A stretch of DNA of 64,000 nucleotides, from positions 604,566 through 668,565 of the forward strand of contig NW_021826031.1 of assembly GCF_006345805.1 (NCBI RefSeq). Reading direction: 5' to 3'. Of this stretch, positions 1-13,062 are shown one piece after another (positions within the stretch are counted from its first letter, which is position 1; every line of letters starts with the position of its first letter). The DNA is from Octopus sinensis. Lineage: Eukaryota. The position numbers were made by a program, and so were the translations under genes. The notes beneath the pieces are model-generated. The model was given only the letters and a program-made list of their open reading frames with translations, was not told where the DNA came from and made no database searches.

Positions 1-548
1 GCATAAAAATCGGTCTTGGTGAAATAACCCCTTCCTATTCCCTCAACGACCTTTTCTCCTGTCCAGGCCCGCCTTCTACTTCCTCGGAACACCGGATCAC
101 GATCGGGGATCTTGGGAGCGTCCGACATTGGCCCTAACGTTCTTGTTAGCCACCGGCTTCCTTCAATTGAAGGGGCGGGGGTAAAAAATATAAATAAATA
201 AGAATTAAAAATTTTTTAAAAAAATTTAATAATATTTATAAATTCGGCATTGTTCATTTTTTTTTAAATTTCATATTTTTAATCAAAAAAATTTTCCAAA
301 ATTAAGTTAGAGCCTTATTTCATGCAGCATGAAATCTACAAGTACCAAAAGTTTTTCTGTATGTTCCGCAACATGTTCTCTACTGAATTCAATTCAATTC
401 ATGAAATCTTTTAAAATAAGCAATTTTTTAAAACCGTTCTGTTAATTCACAATCACTTTGAATCACTACGTGAATAACAGTAGGGCAAGTGAAAGCATTC
501 TAATAAAAGCTAATATTTTATTTTAAATAATATTTTATTTTCCACTCT

Positions 549-1012
549 CAACTCGAACCAGCTGGTCTTGATAGAGGGGATGGCAAACGCCCAGACGGCG
601 TAACCATCTACCCGTACACGAGAGGGAAAGCACTTGTTTGGGATTTTACCTGCCCTGACACGTTTGGACCTTCTTCATTCGGAAGTTCGGCATCCTTTCC
701 TGGGTCTGCTGCAAAACGTTCTGAAGAGTTGAAGAAAAAGAAATACTCTTTCCTGGCAGACAGATATCTTTTCCAGCCGATCGCTGTGGAGACTTCCGGA
801 GTCTTTGGATCAGAGAGTTTTTCGTTCATTCGAAGATTGGGTGGTCTAATCACCAAAAAAACAGGTGATCCGGGGGAGACGTCGTGGCTCTTCCAGAGGA
901 TTTCGTGTGCAATTGTCCGCGGAAATTCACACGCTATCCTAGGGTCATTCTAAAATAATTGATTAAAACAATTTTGACATGTTAAAAAATTAATTTTTCT
1001 AAAAATAAAAAA
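549..1012 (+). mobile_element. 5'-truncated CRE-clade (restriction-like endonuclease) non-LTR retrotransposon, 3' fragment
   Basis: Frame from ~549 reads QLEPAGLDRGDGKRPDGVTIYPYTRGKALVWDFTCPDT...KKKKY...FQPIAVETSGVFG...LFQRISCAIVRGN, stop at 953, then an A-rich tail. RPD..D and K..KY are RLE motifs. Homologous to 5700-6100 and 36270-36712. Confidence 0.85.
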
Positions 1013-3058
1013 ATAACTCATTGCTTAGACCAGGCATTCTCAACTTTTTTTTGTTCATCACCCCCTAAGATATTTTATCTTCTCCTTGTCCACATACAAT
1101 TTAAAAATTTTTGTGCATTGTCCCTTAATTGGTTGTTTTTTGTATATAACTTAAAAATCAAAATATAAACAATAAATCAATTGAAAAATTGAATTTGTAT
1201 TAAAAATTATTTGTGAGACTCTTGATATTGATTTTTACTTGCTACATATTTAATATCGGGTTTAATTCTGCTCAACTTCAGGCGTATATCCCCTCTATAA
1301 TACACTTTCAGTCTATTTCTTTCACAATGTGTGTTATGAGTGACAAAACTAAATCCACTTTCAACTAAATAAGTGTTAAGGAATCTCAATACAGTGAATC
1401 CTCGCAAATTGGCCATTTTTGGTACATAGAGATTTTATGGCCAATTTGAGAAAATGGCCAATTTGAAAAAAATCAATATTTAAAAAATAAAATAAACACG
1501 TTTAAATTTTATTAAAATAAAATTCAATCCCTAATTCCTTTTTATTTGCTCTTTTTACATTTTCTTGTATTTTCTTATTGCAGTAATCAGCGAAACATCA
1601 TTCTCATTTTCTGCATTACAGTAAAGTTGCCTTTCTATTCTAGTTAATGTCTTTGCAATATCTTTTCTATCGAGTGGATATATTTTTGTCTCTTCGTCGC
1701 TAATTTCAGACTCTTGATCCTCTTGTAAACAATTTTCGTTTATATCTTGATCTTCTGTGTTTTCGATATTTAGAAAATCTTCGCTCATTAGAGGATCGAA
1801 AATGTCAGTTCTTTCAATTTCAGTCTCATAATGTTCAATTAATGTATTTTCGTGATTAGATTCATTTAAAATCTTAAAACAATTTGAATAGTTTCAGTAG
1901 ATACGTCATCCCAAGCCATATTAACAAACAAAATTGCATCTTTTAATGTCAATTTTTTGTATGAATTGTATACAGAAATATTTTCAGTCCAGCAAATCAG
2001 TTAAGTACTGTAGCTTTCTTCTCATGAAATGAGTCTTGAAGGTTTTTATAATTCCAATATCCATTGGTTGTAGTAATCCAGTAGAATTTTTAGGAAAAAA
2101 TAAAATCTTAATACAATCCAAGTTTTGAGAATAGAATGTGCAGGACAGTGGTCTATTAGCAATAAAATTTCTTCTTTTTAATTTAAGCTGGAGATCAAGC
2201 TAATAATCCAATCAAAAAAATAGATCCAGTCATCCAAGCTTTCTGTGAGCTATAATATGAGACAAGACATCCATAGTCAAAATTTTTAAAACATCTAGGC
2301 ATTTTTGGTTTCCAATCATCACAGGTTTCAATTTATGACTTCCGGTCATGTTTGAACAAAGAAGCATAATAGACACACGGTCTTTAAAATTTTTGTATCC
2401 TTGGAATCGGTTTCTGCATACGCTTTTCGATGGAATAAGCTTGTAGTATAATGTAGTTTCATCCAAATTATAAATTAGATCAGGCTTATACGATTTAGAA
2501 ATTTCTTTAAATTCTTCACGAAAAGAATTAATGTCATTACTACTTTATCTGTTCGCATCTCTCCATGTAATTTTAGCATTCTAAAACGTGTCTCTTTTTG
2601 AATTTTGCCAGAAATCCATTAGAATTTTTAAAGTTACTAAGTTGTAGCTCTTTGGCAAAATGCGCAGCCTTACACGATATTAAGGAATCATTCAAAAAAC
2701 CACCTAAAAATTGGTTTTCAATTAATACCTTTAGACTCTATTGTATCCATCCATCGATCAATTTTTCTTCAAGCGTAGGAAATTTTGGTTTGTGAGCAGC
2801 TTTATACGAATTTTTAGATTTTCGAATCCCGTAAAATAGAGTCTTTATTAAGCAGTAGATTATTGATCGTCTTTCTCGAGATCGTCTTGTGGAATAAATG
2901 TGAGAATCTGTCAGCCAGAAGCTGACACGAAACACTGTCATTTTCTTCCTTGTAGTTTATAATTTGTGTTTTTTCAAGAAAAGTGAGCCGAGTATAACGT
3001 CCACGAGAAATTTTATAAGACATGTGATTAAAAAAATAGTTTATTTTAAAAATCAACA

Positions 3059-6000
3059 CGTTGTTGTTGTTGTGGTGTAATTTTTTTCAATTTATCTGTT
3101 ATTTTTCATATCTTTTGTATAATTTAATACATTATCGAGTTGTCTTAGTTGTTACTATTTCTTTCGTCGGTATTTCTGTTATCTTTCTTAATACTTCTTT
3201 TCCTATTTTTACATGTCATCCCTTTTCACGATCCATTACCATGTGGTAAATGCAGTAAAAATAACTGCCGCAAAAACGGCATTTACTGCGCCAAATGCCA
3301 TGCTTACTTCCATATTGGATGTCTCAAGATTTCGAAGAAACCGTTTCCAGCATCCAATATGGCACTGTAACTCTTGCCTGGCAGCTGCCTCATTCCACGA
3401 CACACCCACATTGTTTGATAGTTCCCATGATCAATCTCCCAATATACTAACTTCATCGAACGCAATACTATCCTACCTATCAAGATATCGTCATTCGAGA
3501 AGCATCCCTATCCGTTTACCGAAACCAGCTCGTCCAGCAGCTGCGGAGGCCTTGTCTCATCTATCCAGAGCTATGTCCTCAAACAGGGACGAGGATTGGG
3601 CAAAAGCGTTCTGCTTCCCTTTTTCGGACTTGGCCTGACCCGTGGAGATAAATTGCCGGGAATTTCACTTCCAAACTTAAAAGATCTATTTCTTCTTACT
3701 TCCCCTTTCCATCGACACATTTATCTCAGGAAAGCCACTCACTGTCAAAACCAAGACTAAACCACAACGAAAAACCTACGCAAGAGAGTACGTTCCAAGT
3801 TAATGTCGGGCGACTTCTCGGCCGCCTTGAGAATAATTTCCTCAGACGATAAAGTTGCGAGGGTTGACGAACAAACATTACAGTCCCTCCTAGCAAAACA
3901 TCCCACTCCATCTTCTCCTACAACAGTACCAACACCAAGCCCGGATCATGATTTGTGCATGTCGATAAAGACGAAGTGTTGAGAGCCTGAAGTCTTTTCG
4001 CCTAGTAGCAGCGGTGGAATCGATGGCCTCCGTCCAAGTCATATCATGGATCTGGTCTCCTCTTCAGCTTCCGCAGCCGGAGAACGTCTTTTGACGGATA
4101 TTTGTGGTCTAATGAACGCATTCCTCGAAGGGTCTCTGTCTGATTTCCCACGCTCCCTTTTTCTCTCGGGTACCTGACCGCGAATGAATAAAAGGACGGT
4201 GGAATCCGTCCCATATCCGTCGGTAATGTTTTCAGGAGACTGGCGGCTAAGATCGCTTGCGCCAGGTCTTCACATCTGTTTCCGAAAATTTTCCATAACA
4301 TACAGATGGGGTCGGTGTTAAAGGTGGCTGCGAAGCCACTGTCCACGCCGTGAGGGATTTTACAGAGTTTTCACACTCTGCTTATAACGACTGTATTCTT
4401 GCTAAATTGGACATGAAAAATGCTTTTAATTGCATCGACCGCTCATACTTCTTAAAGAATGCAGCAAACATAACATTCCATTACTCCCGATGGCCAGCAT
4501 GTGCTACGGTTGCACACCTGAACTAATGATAGACGGACACACGATCTTGTCCTCCTCTGGGGTCCAACAAGGTGACCCCCTGGTCCATTACTCTTCTCCA
4601 TGGGCGTTAACCCAACAGCACACGCCGTAAAATCACCGCTCAAAGTTTGGTGGATCTGGATGATTACTATTGTGTGGTCCTGCTCACCAAGTCATCTTGA
4701 TATAGAGATCAATCGCTGTAAGTCTGAACAAAATTGGATTACAGTTGAACCCTTCAAAATGTGAGATCATAAACCTCAACGCCAACGAGGAAGATTTCGC
4801 GACTATAGTGGAAAAAATCACTCAATCTTACCGGGTGGTATTATAACCAGGAAAGGGTCGCTTGAAGTCTTAGGATCTCCCATTTTCTCGGAAGGAATCG
4901 AGAAAATACTGTCCGGAAATTATCCACTTTTGAGCTCATGTCAAGCAGGCTATCCATCCTGGACGCTCACGAAGGGTTTTTCTTGTTGAAAAACTTCATA
5001 TCACTCCCCAAGCTACAACACGTTCTCCGCTCTGCCCCCTGCTTTATAAACCTGAACTTCTCAAAGAACTGGAAACAGGGCTGAAACACAGTGCCGAAAA
5101 TCTCTGCAACATTCGTTTTGACGAAGCCTCGTGGACCCAAGCCACGCTTCCAATACGATTCGGAGGCATTGGTCTCCGGTCCCCAGCAGATATTGCATTA
5201 CCCGCTTTCCTCTTTCGATTGTCGTGTGGACTCACTGGTGGTTGCTGTTCTCCCCTTTCCACTGAACGCAACGCATCCTCCTGTATCAGATGGCAATCGA
5301 ATTTGGTCGAACAAAGGCCTCAAGACACCTGCTAACTCATTCTCACAGAGATGTTGGGACGACTGTATTCTATGTCAATTACCACCACTTGGAAGAGGTC
5401 TCTGATCAATCTCGTCTTGCATGCCTTAGAAGCGCTTCACAAAAACAATCCGGGAGCGTGGCTCAATGCATGTCCTATCCCTTCAGTCGGAAACAAACTG
5501 GACGACGAGACATTGCGAATTGCAATCTCCTACGCCTTTGCATGAAGATCTGTCGCCAGCACCGCTGTAGTTTGAGGGGCTTCCGTTGACGAATTCGGAC
5601 GGCCACGCTCTCTCATGCAGACGCAGTGCAGGCCGGTTCCAAGACATCACGCAATGAACCTAATTGTCAAGAACGCTTTGCATGCAGCTGGTTTCCCGGC
5701 ACAGCTGGAGCCTCCTGGTCTCATCGCACAGACGGAAAAAGACCTGATGGGATAACAATTTTCCCGTACACCAACGGGAAGTGCCTTGTTTGGGACTGCG
5801 CTTGCACCGACACCTACTCAGAGACAAACCTGATCGCCTCAGCCTCCTCTCCAGGATATGCTTCACAGAACTACGAAAAAAATTAAAATATTCAGAGCTC
5901 AAGGACAGGTTCATAGTGCAACCGATTATTGTGGAGTCATCTGGAGTCTTCGGTCCGGAAATCCATCTCTTTTATTAGGAAACTTGGATCCCTGATCTCG

Positions 6001-7193
6001 GTTCAGACGAAAGATAGAAGGGAGACCGAATGGCTTTCAACGCCTTTCAACAACCGTTGTCAGAGGTAATAGCCACGCTATCCTTTCTGCTCTTAAGCAC
6101 CTTAATTAACTTAGGCGATATCGTGTTTAGCGTCTTAAAATCATAAGGGACCAATTTTGATTAGAAAATCGCAAATAAATTAATATTATTATATTATTTT
6201 TAAAAATTATTATATATCAAAATAATTATTATCTGCAACGCTTTAACAGTATTTTGAATGATGTATTGTGGAAGGCCGTCTGCATCGACTATTATTGTAA
6301 TAATACTCAACCAACATATGATTTGTTACTATTTGAATTGAATCACCGAGATTGTTGTGGAAAAAAATGACCACGCAAGATACGGTCAATTGGTTGGCTC
6401 AATATCAGCTAATCAAAAAATTCGATGAAATGCGAAAACTGCAGCACGGATTGCCGTCTTCTTTCAGACAAATCCCGACTCGACAAATTAAAGTGGAAAT
6501 GTAAAAATGCAATTTCTCAAAATCGATTCGAGATGGCAGCTTTTTCTCACATAGTCATCTTGAATTGAAGCAAATTTTGGACTATATCTATTTTGGGCAC
6601 TCAACTAGAAACGATTATCTGCAGCAAGAATCTCGATCAGACTTTAAAAAACATCAATTGATTGGGGGAAACTTTTACGTGATGTATGCGTAAAGTGGGT
6701 CGAGGACCATCCTTGTTCTCTCAGTGGAATTAATCAGAAACTATGTTGCCCAATTGTCGTAGAAGTGGATGAAACAATTATTTTCATCGAAAATACGCAA
6801 GAGGTACCTGGCACGAAGGGCATTGGGTTGTTGTGGAAAAGAGAGGGGCAACCCTAGGAATATTTTTCTGGTCGTCGAAGGTTCCTGATCGGAGTCGAGA
6901 CACGTTAATAACTATTAATTCTCAGTATCTTTTGTCTTAATAATTCGAATTTTTCACTGTTTTCATGTTTTACTAAGTTGCTGTAAAAAATGTAGTTTTA
7001 AAAAATTTAATTTAGGGTTGCCACAGTATTGTACATATAAATTTAATTATAATAATTTAAAAATAATATAATAATATTAATTTATTGCGATTTCTAATCA
7101 AAATTGGTCCCTTATGATTTTAAGACGCTAAAACACGATATCGCCATAACTTATATTTTCTTTTATAACATGGGCTTTTAAAAAAAAAAAAAA
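3059..7193 (+). mobile_element. Near full-length CRE-clade non-LTR retrotransposon (PHD-like finger, RT, RLE), frameshifted
   Basis: Starts at a (GTT)n tract. Cys/His finger 3213-3377. RT motifs GGIDGLRP, GGIRPISVGNVFRRL, LDMKNAFN, GVQQGDPL, LP.RFGG.GL. Then GAWLNACP, HALSC and DGKRPDG..VWD. ORF ends ~6105; the 3' UTR resumes after the Merlin insertion; poly(A) at 7180-7193. Confidence 0.88.
6114..7145 (+). mobile_element. Merlin (IS1595/ISXO2-like DDE) transposon, internally deleted copy A
   Basis: About 100-bp TIRs starting ggcgatatcgtgttt. 8-bp TSD ttaactta/ataactta. Remnants C..C, WKC, SIRDGSFF, VVEVDET, GHWV. Confidence 0.88.
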
Positions 7194-10100
7194 GTTCATT
7201 TCTAATTAAAAAAATAATAATTCAAAAATTGTGGCAATTTGAGAATTGGCCAATTTACTAAGAAAATTAATTTTTTTCTTAGTAAATTGTGAAAAAATTG
7301 GCCAATTTAAAATTGGCCAATTTGCGAGGTGTGCCAATTTGCGGAGGATTCACTGTAGTACATTTCTAATTTTCTTCCATAAATGTGGAAATTTAATTTG
7401 TAGATCTTTTGATTGCCAAAATTTAGAGATATCATCCTTTTGAAATCTGTGAATATATTCTTAATTATATTTCAATTCAATTATATAGTCTGTTATGCAA
7501 CGTGCTACTATCTCGATGTGTGCTCTACCTGGACAACAGAAACTAACAATATTATTAATAATAATATACCTAGAGCAGGATGGACACCGCATCGGAGAGA
7601 CAGACGTCAGATGGCAAGAACATCGTCTTTGCCATTGCTGAAGGGATCGAGTGCACGACCCGGGAGGACTGGGTTAAATCCGCCCTTTCCCAAGTGTGGG
7701 AAGAGCTTCCAGGATGCCCAGAAATGGGTGGCCTACCCTGCTTCAGTGTTTCAATCGACGCTTTAGCTCGAACCTATCGTTAGATGCACTGAAGAAGCTG
7801 GCCAAGACCCCTCCTCTGGCTCGCGGGGGAGGACTGCCGCTGCGGTTACGCCGTCAGGATGCCCCCCGTGTTCTGAACAACACGAGCACCAGAGTAGTGA
7901 GTTATCGCTACTCTTGCAGGTTAAGGAGATATTTAGTAGGCATATCTCTGCGAATCGTGTTGTCCCCCTTGCGGACGCAGAGCAGAGTGACCCGAAAGAT
8001 ACCTCGGTGGCAACTCAGAAGTGACGTGATGGGTTGCATCAATCGTGCCATAGCTTACGCGATCGTGCGTGAGCCTCCGGAGACAATGGACGAGATTTCT
8101 CTTTATTTGTACTCGGCACAGAACCTATGATGAAATCACTCAGAGGCCTGCCCCAAAGAGTAGATGGAGAGAAAACATTGCCGCAAAAGTAGCCGCAAGG
8201 AAAGCCGAGCTGGAAGCGCTGACTGGGCACATTTTGAATGTGAGCAATGGGGTCAAGGGCAAGACTCCCCTTGGTGCGTACTTTACTTCGTCGGGAACGA
8301 GCTGCCAAATGGGACCTCAACGAGTTGAGGCGTGTCCGGGCAGAGAGGGAGGAGCTGATTCTCGTTTATCAGAAGAAGCTCTCAACTCATGAGTCTCGGT
8401 GTCAGCGCAGGCGGGAGAACAACCTGTTTGAATTTAATCGCAGGTCGTTCTATCGTCGGTTGCACGGAGAGACGAAGGAGGGTACCCAGCAAAAGGCCGA
8501 AAGCTTGACACATGGGGGAGTATGTGGAAAGCACGTCCTCGCAAGGGTGTGTCGTTTCCGTTTTTGTGGACCCGATGCTCCCTTGATGACCGAGTCTTGT
8601 GGTGTCCCTGACATCCGCAAGAAGTTCGATGAAGCAGTAACCCGTCTCTCTGACTGGAAGACACCTGGGGTCGATAAGTGTATAATTTCTTTATTAAAAA
8701 TTGCAAACCTATCCATGATTGCATGTGTCGAGCAATCGAACAGTTTACACTAGACCCTGGCTCGATTCCAGAGTGGTTATGTACTGGGGTCACTTATTTG
8801 ATCCCTAAAGTAGATAACCCTTCCGCTCCGACAGATTATCGTCCGATAACCTGTATGCCCAACCTGTACAAGTTATGACTAAGGTGGTGGCTACTGAGGT
8901 CAGAAATTTCGTGGAGGTGAATGGGTTCTGTCCGAGAACCAGTTAGGTACTCGGCTGGATTGTCAGGGAGCTAAGGAGCAGGCACTGATCAACAAATGCC
9001 TCGCGAGAGCCCACGGAAACTCACTAGTGTCAATGTGGGTGGATGTGAAGAAGGCATATGACTCGGTTGATCATGCCTACCTCGTTGAGTGTCTGCGATG
9101 CTTAAGTTGCCAATGTGTTTATCAAATTTGTTGCAACTGTGATGGACAGGTGGAACGTCCATCTAAATTACAACAAATGCGATATAGGCGAGGTGAAACT
9201 AGAGAGGGGCATATTACAGGGCGACAGCATGTCTCCGCTGCTGTTCGTCCTCTGCCTAGAACCGCTGAGTAGAGTCCTCACTGCCCAATTCGAACAAATG
9301 TCGATCGAACTGAAGGAGGGTGTTTAGCACCAACCATCTCATGTTCATAGACGACATTAAGCTGTTCGCTCGGTCTTCAGAGATCCTTCACTCAATGGGT
9401 AAAAGTCCTGAAAGGTTTCATGAAGGCCGTGGGGGTTGGAGCTCAACTACAACAAGTCGGCGACTAACACCCCTGTGTGTGGTGACCTAGTCAAAGTCTT
9501 GGAGGACACCAAGGATATAAGTATCTTGGTGTGGTTGAGAGTCCAGCCTCATTAATCACACCCGAAACGAGAAAGTGTGTAGTGGAGGGTGTGCGTAGTA
9601 GGGCGGCAATGTTATGTAAGACTCGGCTTAATGCACGGAACTTATTTCATGCCTTGAACGAGTATGCCATCTCATTGCTAAACTACTACGTGGCCTGATC
9701 GAATTCGAGCCGAGTGAGTACGATGAAATGGACCTTATTGTCCGAAGAGTACTCCGAGAGAATCATGTCCACGTGTTGGCAAGCAATAAGGAGAGATTGT
9801 ACTTGTCTCGCGGGCAGCTAGGACGTGGACTGAGTAACATCGTACACTTAAGTGAGCGAATTCTTACTAAGATGCACGACACCTTGTGGAGTGGGTCGAG
9901 TGTATCCCAAAGGAAGGCTGCCATCCTTGCTGCTGAAAAAGCGCGTGGTACACACCTAGGGACATAAAAGGCTATGTGTCGGCTAAGTATGGTCTAGGTG
10001 CTACCCAAGTTAATGGAAGGAGTTGATCCAAACTTCAAAAGGAGTCTTTAATTAAAAAGATCAACTTAAAAGTCCTTCACAAGACTCTCTTTAGCAGCAC

Positions 10101-10292
10101 ATTGACGTATCGTCGTCATCTACGTGGCTGAAATATGGGAATAACTCTCCCCGATCAGAAGGGTTGTTCTCATATTTCCAGGATAGAAACTTTTTTAATG
10201 GTCAACGGAAACAGTGTAACCACTGTAAGAGTAAGGCAATGACCGTTGACCATTTAGCCACGAAGTGCGGGAGTATGCTTTACCATGATTAC

Positions 10293-11939
10293 TAGGGCAA
10301 TTTAAGTGCTAAAATGCTATTTTTACTTTTTATATTTTTTTTAATATAAAATTGAATTTGGAATAATTATTTTTTAATTTTGTTAAAAAAAACATACATT
10401 ATAAATGCTATAAATGCTATTTGTAATTTTAAATGCTAATTTTTTTTTAAATGCTAATTTAAATTGCATTTAAAATTTTTTTAATGCCACCCATATTAAA
10501 TAAAATAATTTAGCACGCTATATAGTATTTTGAGTGATGCCAAAACCCAAGTGTTCGTTGCTTAAGAAAGCCAAGCGTATAGTTCAGAATTCAAGATGAG
10601 TTTGTATTGCTGACCATGGCCTTCTATTTTGTTCTCTTTGTTTATCCAAAGTCAACTGTGCAAAAAAATTTTCTGTCGATTCTCATTGTTCTTCTTTAAA
10701 ACATCAGAACAATATGCGTATAAATGTAATACAATTGTAGGTCATTCATGTGATTCAGTTCAAACGAGATTAACTGAATCAATCAAAGTAGATTCGGTTT
10801 AAAGAACGATCACGGAAACTTTTGTGCAAGCAAACATCCCGCTATACAAATTAAAAAATGATTCGATCAAAAAAATGTTTAAAACATTTAACATTAACAC
10901 CGTCCGAATTTTTATGCAGAACTACGGTTAAATTTCTTGCACAAAAAAAGATAAATGAGTTGACAAAATTATTAACGTATTAAAGTTTATTTTTTAACTT
11001 TTAAAAACGAAAAGATTTTTATAATAATTGATGAAACAGATATCCGAAGGAAAAGTTTTGTAGTGATTCTAATTGGAAGCATTCGCTTTCCAACAAAATC
11101 CTATTTGGTTGAATGCAAACCACTGGAAAATCATGCCAATGCTGCTGTCATCTGCCAAATAATAGATGACGTCATTAGAGAAATGAAGATTATTCGTGAC
11201 AATTTTTATCTGTTAATCTCAGATGCCGCTCCTTATATGATTTCTGGTGATATAAAAGTATCTAAATAAATAGGCGGTAAAACTTTAATGGTCATGTATA
11301 ACACATGCATCATGTGACTTGTGTTTCTCATTTGTTACACAATACGGTTTTACGTATAAAGTCTGCATATCCGGAAATAGATGGCTTAATTGCAAGCATT
11401 AAAGCTGCCACAGTAAAAAACCGAAGACGTCGTAATTTGTTCAAGGATGTTGGATACCCACCTGATGTCGTAATTACTAGGTATTCTTTTTCTTAATTTA
11501 TGCAGATGGGGAAGTTGGTTTAAAGCAGCGAAATATTATTTTACGAATTTTGAAAAAATTTGTGAAATTGTTAACGCATTTCAGTCAGATGGAGTTTTAG
11601 TATCAAATGCTAAACATCATGTAAATAATCCCGATATTAAGTTGAAATTAACGGAGATAAAATTTAAATGTTTTTTTATTATTTTGGCGCCTGGGGATCA
11701 TATCGAACACAGAGAGAGGATGCGTAGTCTGATTGGGAATGTCGGGATCACCTAATAATCTTGTTTTCTGGCCTGACGGTGCTCTTGGTTTTTAAATAAA
11801 TAAATTTTTATTATTTTAAGTTATAGATTTTACAATTTTAAATGCTAGATTTGATCATTTTAAGTGCTAATTTTTTTAATTATAAATGCTAGATTTAGCG
11901 CTAAATTTTTTTTTTTAAGTGCTAAAAAAAATTGCCCTA
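10293..11939 (+). mobile_element. hAT transposon (CGGBP/DUF659-like transposase), defective, with micro-introns
   Basis: 11-bp TIR tagggcaattt/aaattgcccta. 8-bp TSD atgattac (10285-92, 11940-47). Remnants FCSLC..V.C.K..VDSH..S.KH, ANIPLYKL, IIDETD, SDAAPYM, HVTCVSHLLH, TR|WGSW. Confidence 0.9.
11670..11792 (-). mobile_element. Probable short 3' tail of a retroposed element inside the hAT
   Basis: GC-richer ~110-bp island preceded by a T-rich tract (tttttttattatttt), replacing the hAT C-terminus. No clear TSD. Confidence 0.35.
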
Positions 11940-12381
11940 ATGATTACACATGGAGGCATAACGAGGTGTGAGGTCCCTCCATCTTTTGCTCTGCAATAAG
12001 TACGGCTTGAGGCGGTCCAGAAAGTTGCGAACCCATCGAGTTCAATCGGTGTGTGAGAACTCGCGGGTGTGCATTAAGGTGGATACCCCCATACGCACCT
12101 CGATTGTTGTCCAGCACAACAGACCCGACATTGTGGTCCACGATAAGGTCACCGGGGAGATTGTTATCGTGGAGGTGGGCATCACGTGCCTAGACCGTTT
12201 GCAAATAGTGAAAGTGGAGAAAAGGAGGAAGTATGACCTCCTTGCAAACGAGCTAGGACTGATGCACCAGTGCAAAGTCCATGTCATCACGTGTGTGATG
12301 ACATGGGATGGACTGGTCACCAAATACCACAAGCGGTACTTAAGACAGTTGGATGTAGATAAGTCTCTACAGGCTTATATA

Positions 12382-13062
12382 CAGTGGGCGCAAAAAAAAT
12401 CCGGTTTTCTAATTTCTCTATTTTTTTATATTGTGCGATATAATATTTTTTTTTAATCTTAAATTTTAGTGAAAAGTAACTCTTATTTTTTTATTTTGAT
12501 TATTTTCATTATTTTTTTCAAGAGATATTTCCAATTTAAATTTACAATGCGCAAAAAAAACCCGGTTTTTTAAAAAAATGTCAAATTAATATTTAATATG
12601 CCGTCCTTTAGCCATAAAAACATCGTACACCCTTCTCGGCATGCTGTTTATGAGTTTCTGTATTAGATCTTTCGGCATATTTTCCCAAATTTCGATAATT
12701 TTATCTTTCAGCTCATGCATATTTTTTGGAGGATTTTCGTACAATTTACTTTTAATATATGCCCAAAGATGTTCTATTGGATTTAAATCTGGCGATTGCG
12801 GTGCCCAATCCAATAGTTTGACGCTTCTTTCGGCAATTTCAAATTTTTGAGAATAAAAGACTCAATAATTAAAAAAACCGAGTTTTTTTTGCGCATTTTA
12901 AAATTAAATTCAAGATATCTCTATGAAAAATAAAAAAATACTTAAAATTAAAAACATACTCGATTTACATTTCAAAATGATACTAAATTAAAAAAAAATA
13001 ATATAAAATTTATATTGAAAAATTCGAAAAATAAGAAAACCGGATTTTTTTTGCGCCCACTG
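12382..13062 (-). mobile_element. Non-autonomous Tc1-family element (IR/DR type) retaining the transposase C-terminus
   Basis: TIRs cagtgggcgcaaaaaaaatccggttttct, TA TSD (12380-81, 13063-64). Inner repeats gcgcaaaaaaaa..cggttttt at ~12548 and ~12875. ORF piece DWAPQSPDLNPIEHLW...SMPRR...KGRHIKY. Empty site tatacagtcaac visible at ~49468. Confidence 0.92.

Larger units (their letters stand above)
1392..7355 (-). mobile_element. pogo/Tigger DNA transposon, degraded, carrying nested insertions
   Basis: TIRs cagtgaatcctcgcaaattggc (1392) and gccaatttgcggaggattcactg (ends 7355), TA on both sides (1390-91, 7356-57). Frameshifted transposase 1555-3032 with CENP-B-like HTH (LTFLEKTQII, PKFPTLEEKL), N.DET, KDRVS..CSNMTGSHKLKP and LQPMD.GII..FK. 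Confidence 0.9.

Noticed and set aside
1-185. GC-rich segment at the window start
   Set aside because: Probably the end of a TE, but there is no motif or boundary I can support.
3059-3078. (GTT)n tract as a specific CRE target or telomeric repeat
   Set aside because: Only about four units, no matching TSD at the poly(A) end, and other CRE copies sit at unrelated sites.
7485-7545. Self-cleaving ribozyme at the 5' end of the R4-like element
   Set aside because: A tctgtt/aacaga stem exists, but I could not fit an HDV or hammerhead core by eye. A covariance-model search is needed.
3213-10260. Programmed frameshifting in LINE ORFs
   Set aside because: Numerous scattered 1-bp deletions are better explained by decay or long-read consensus error.
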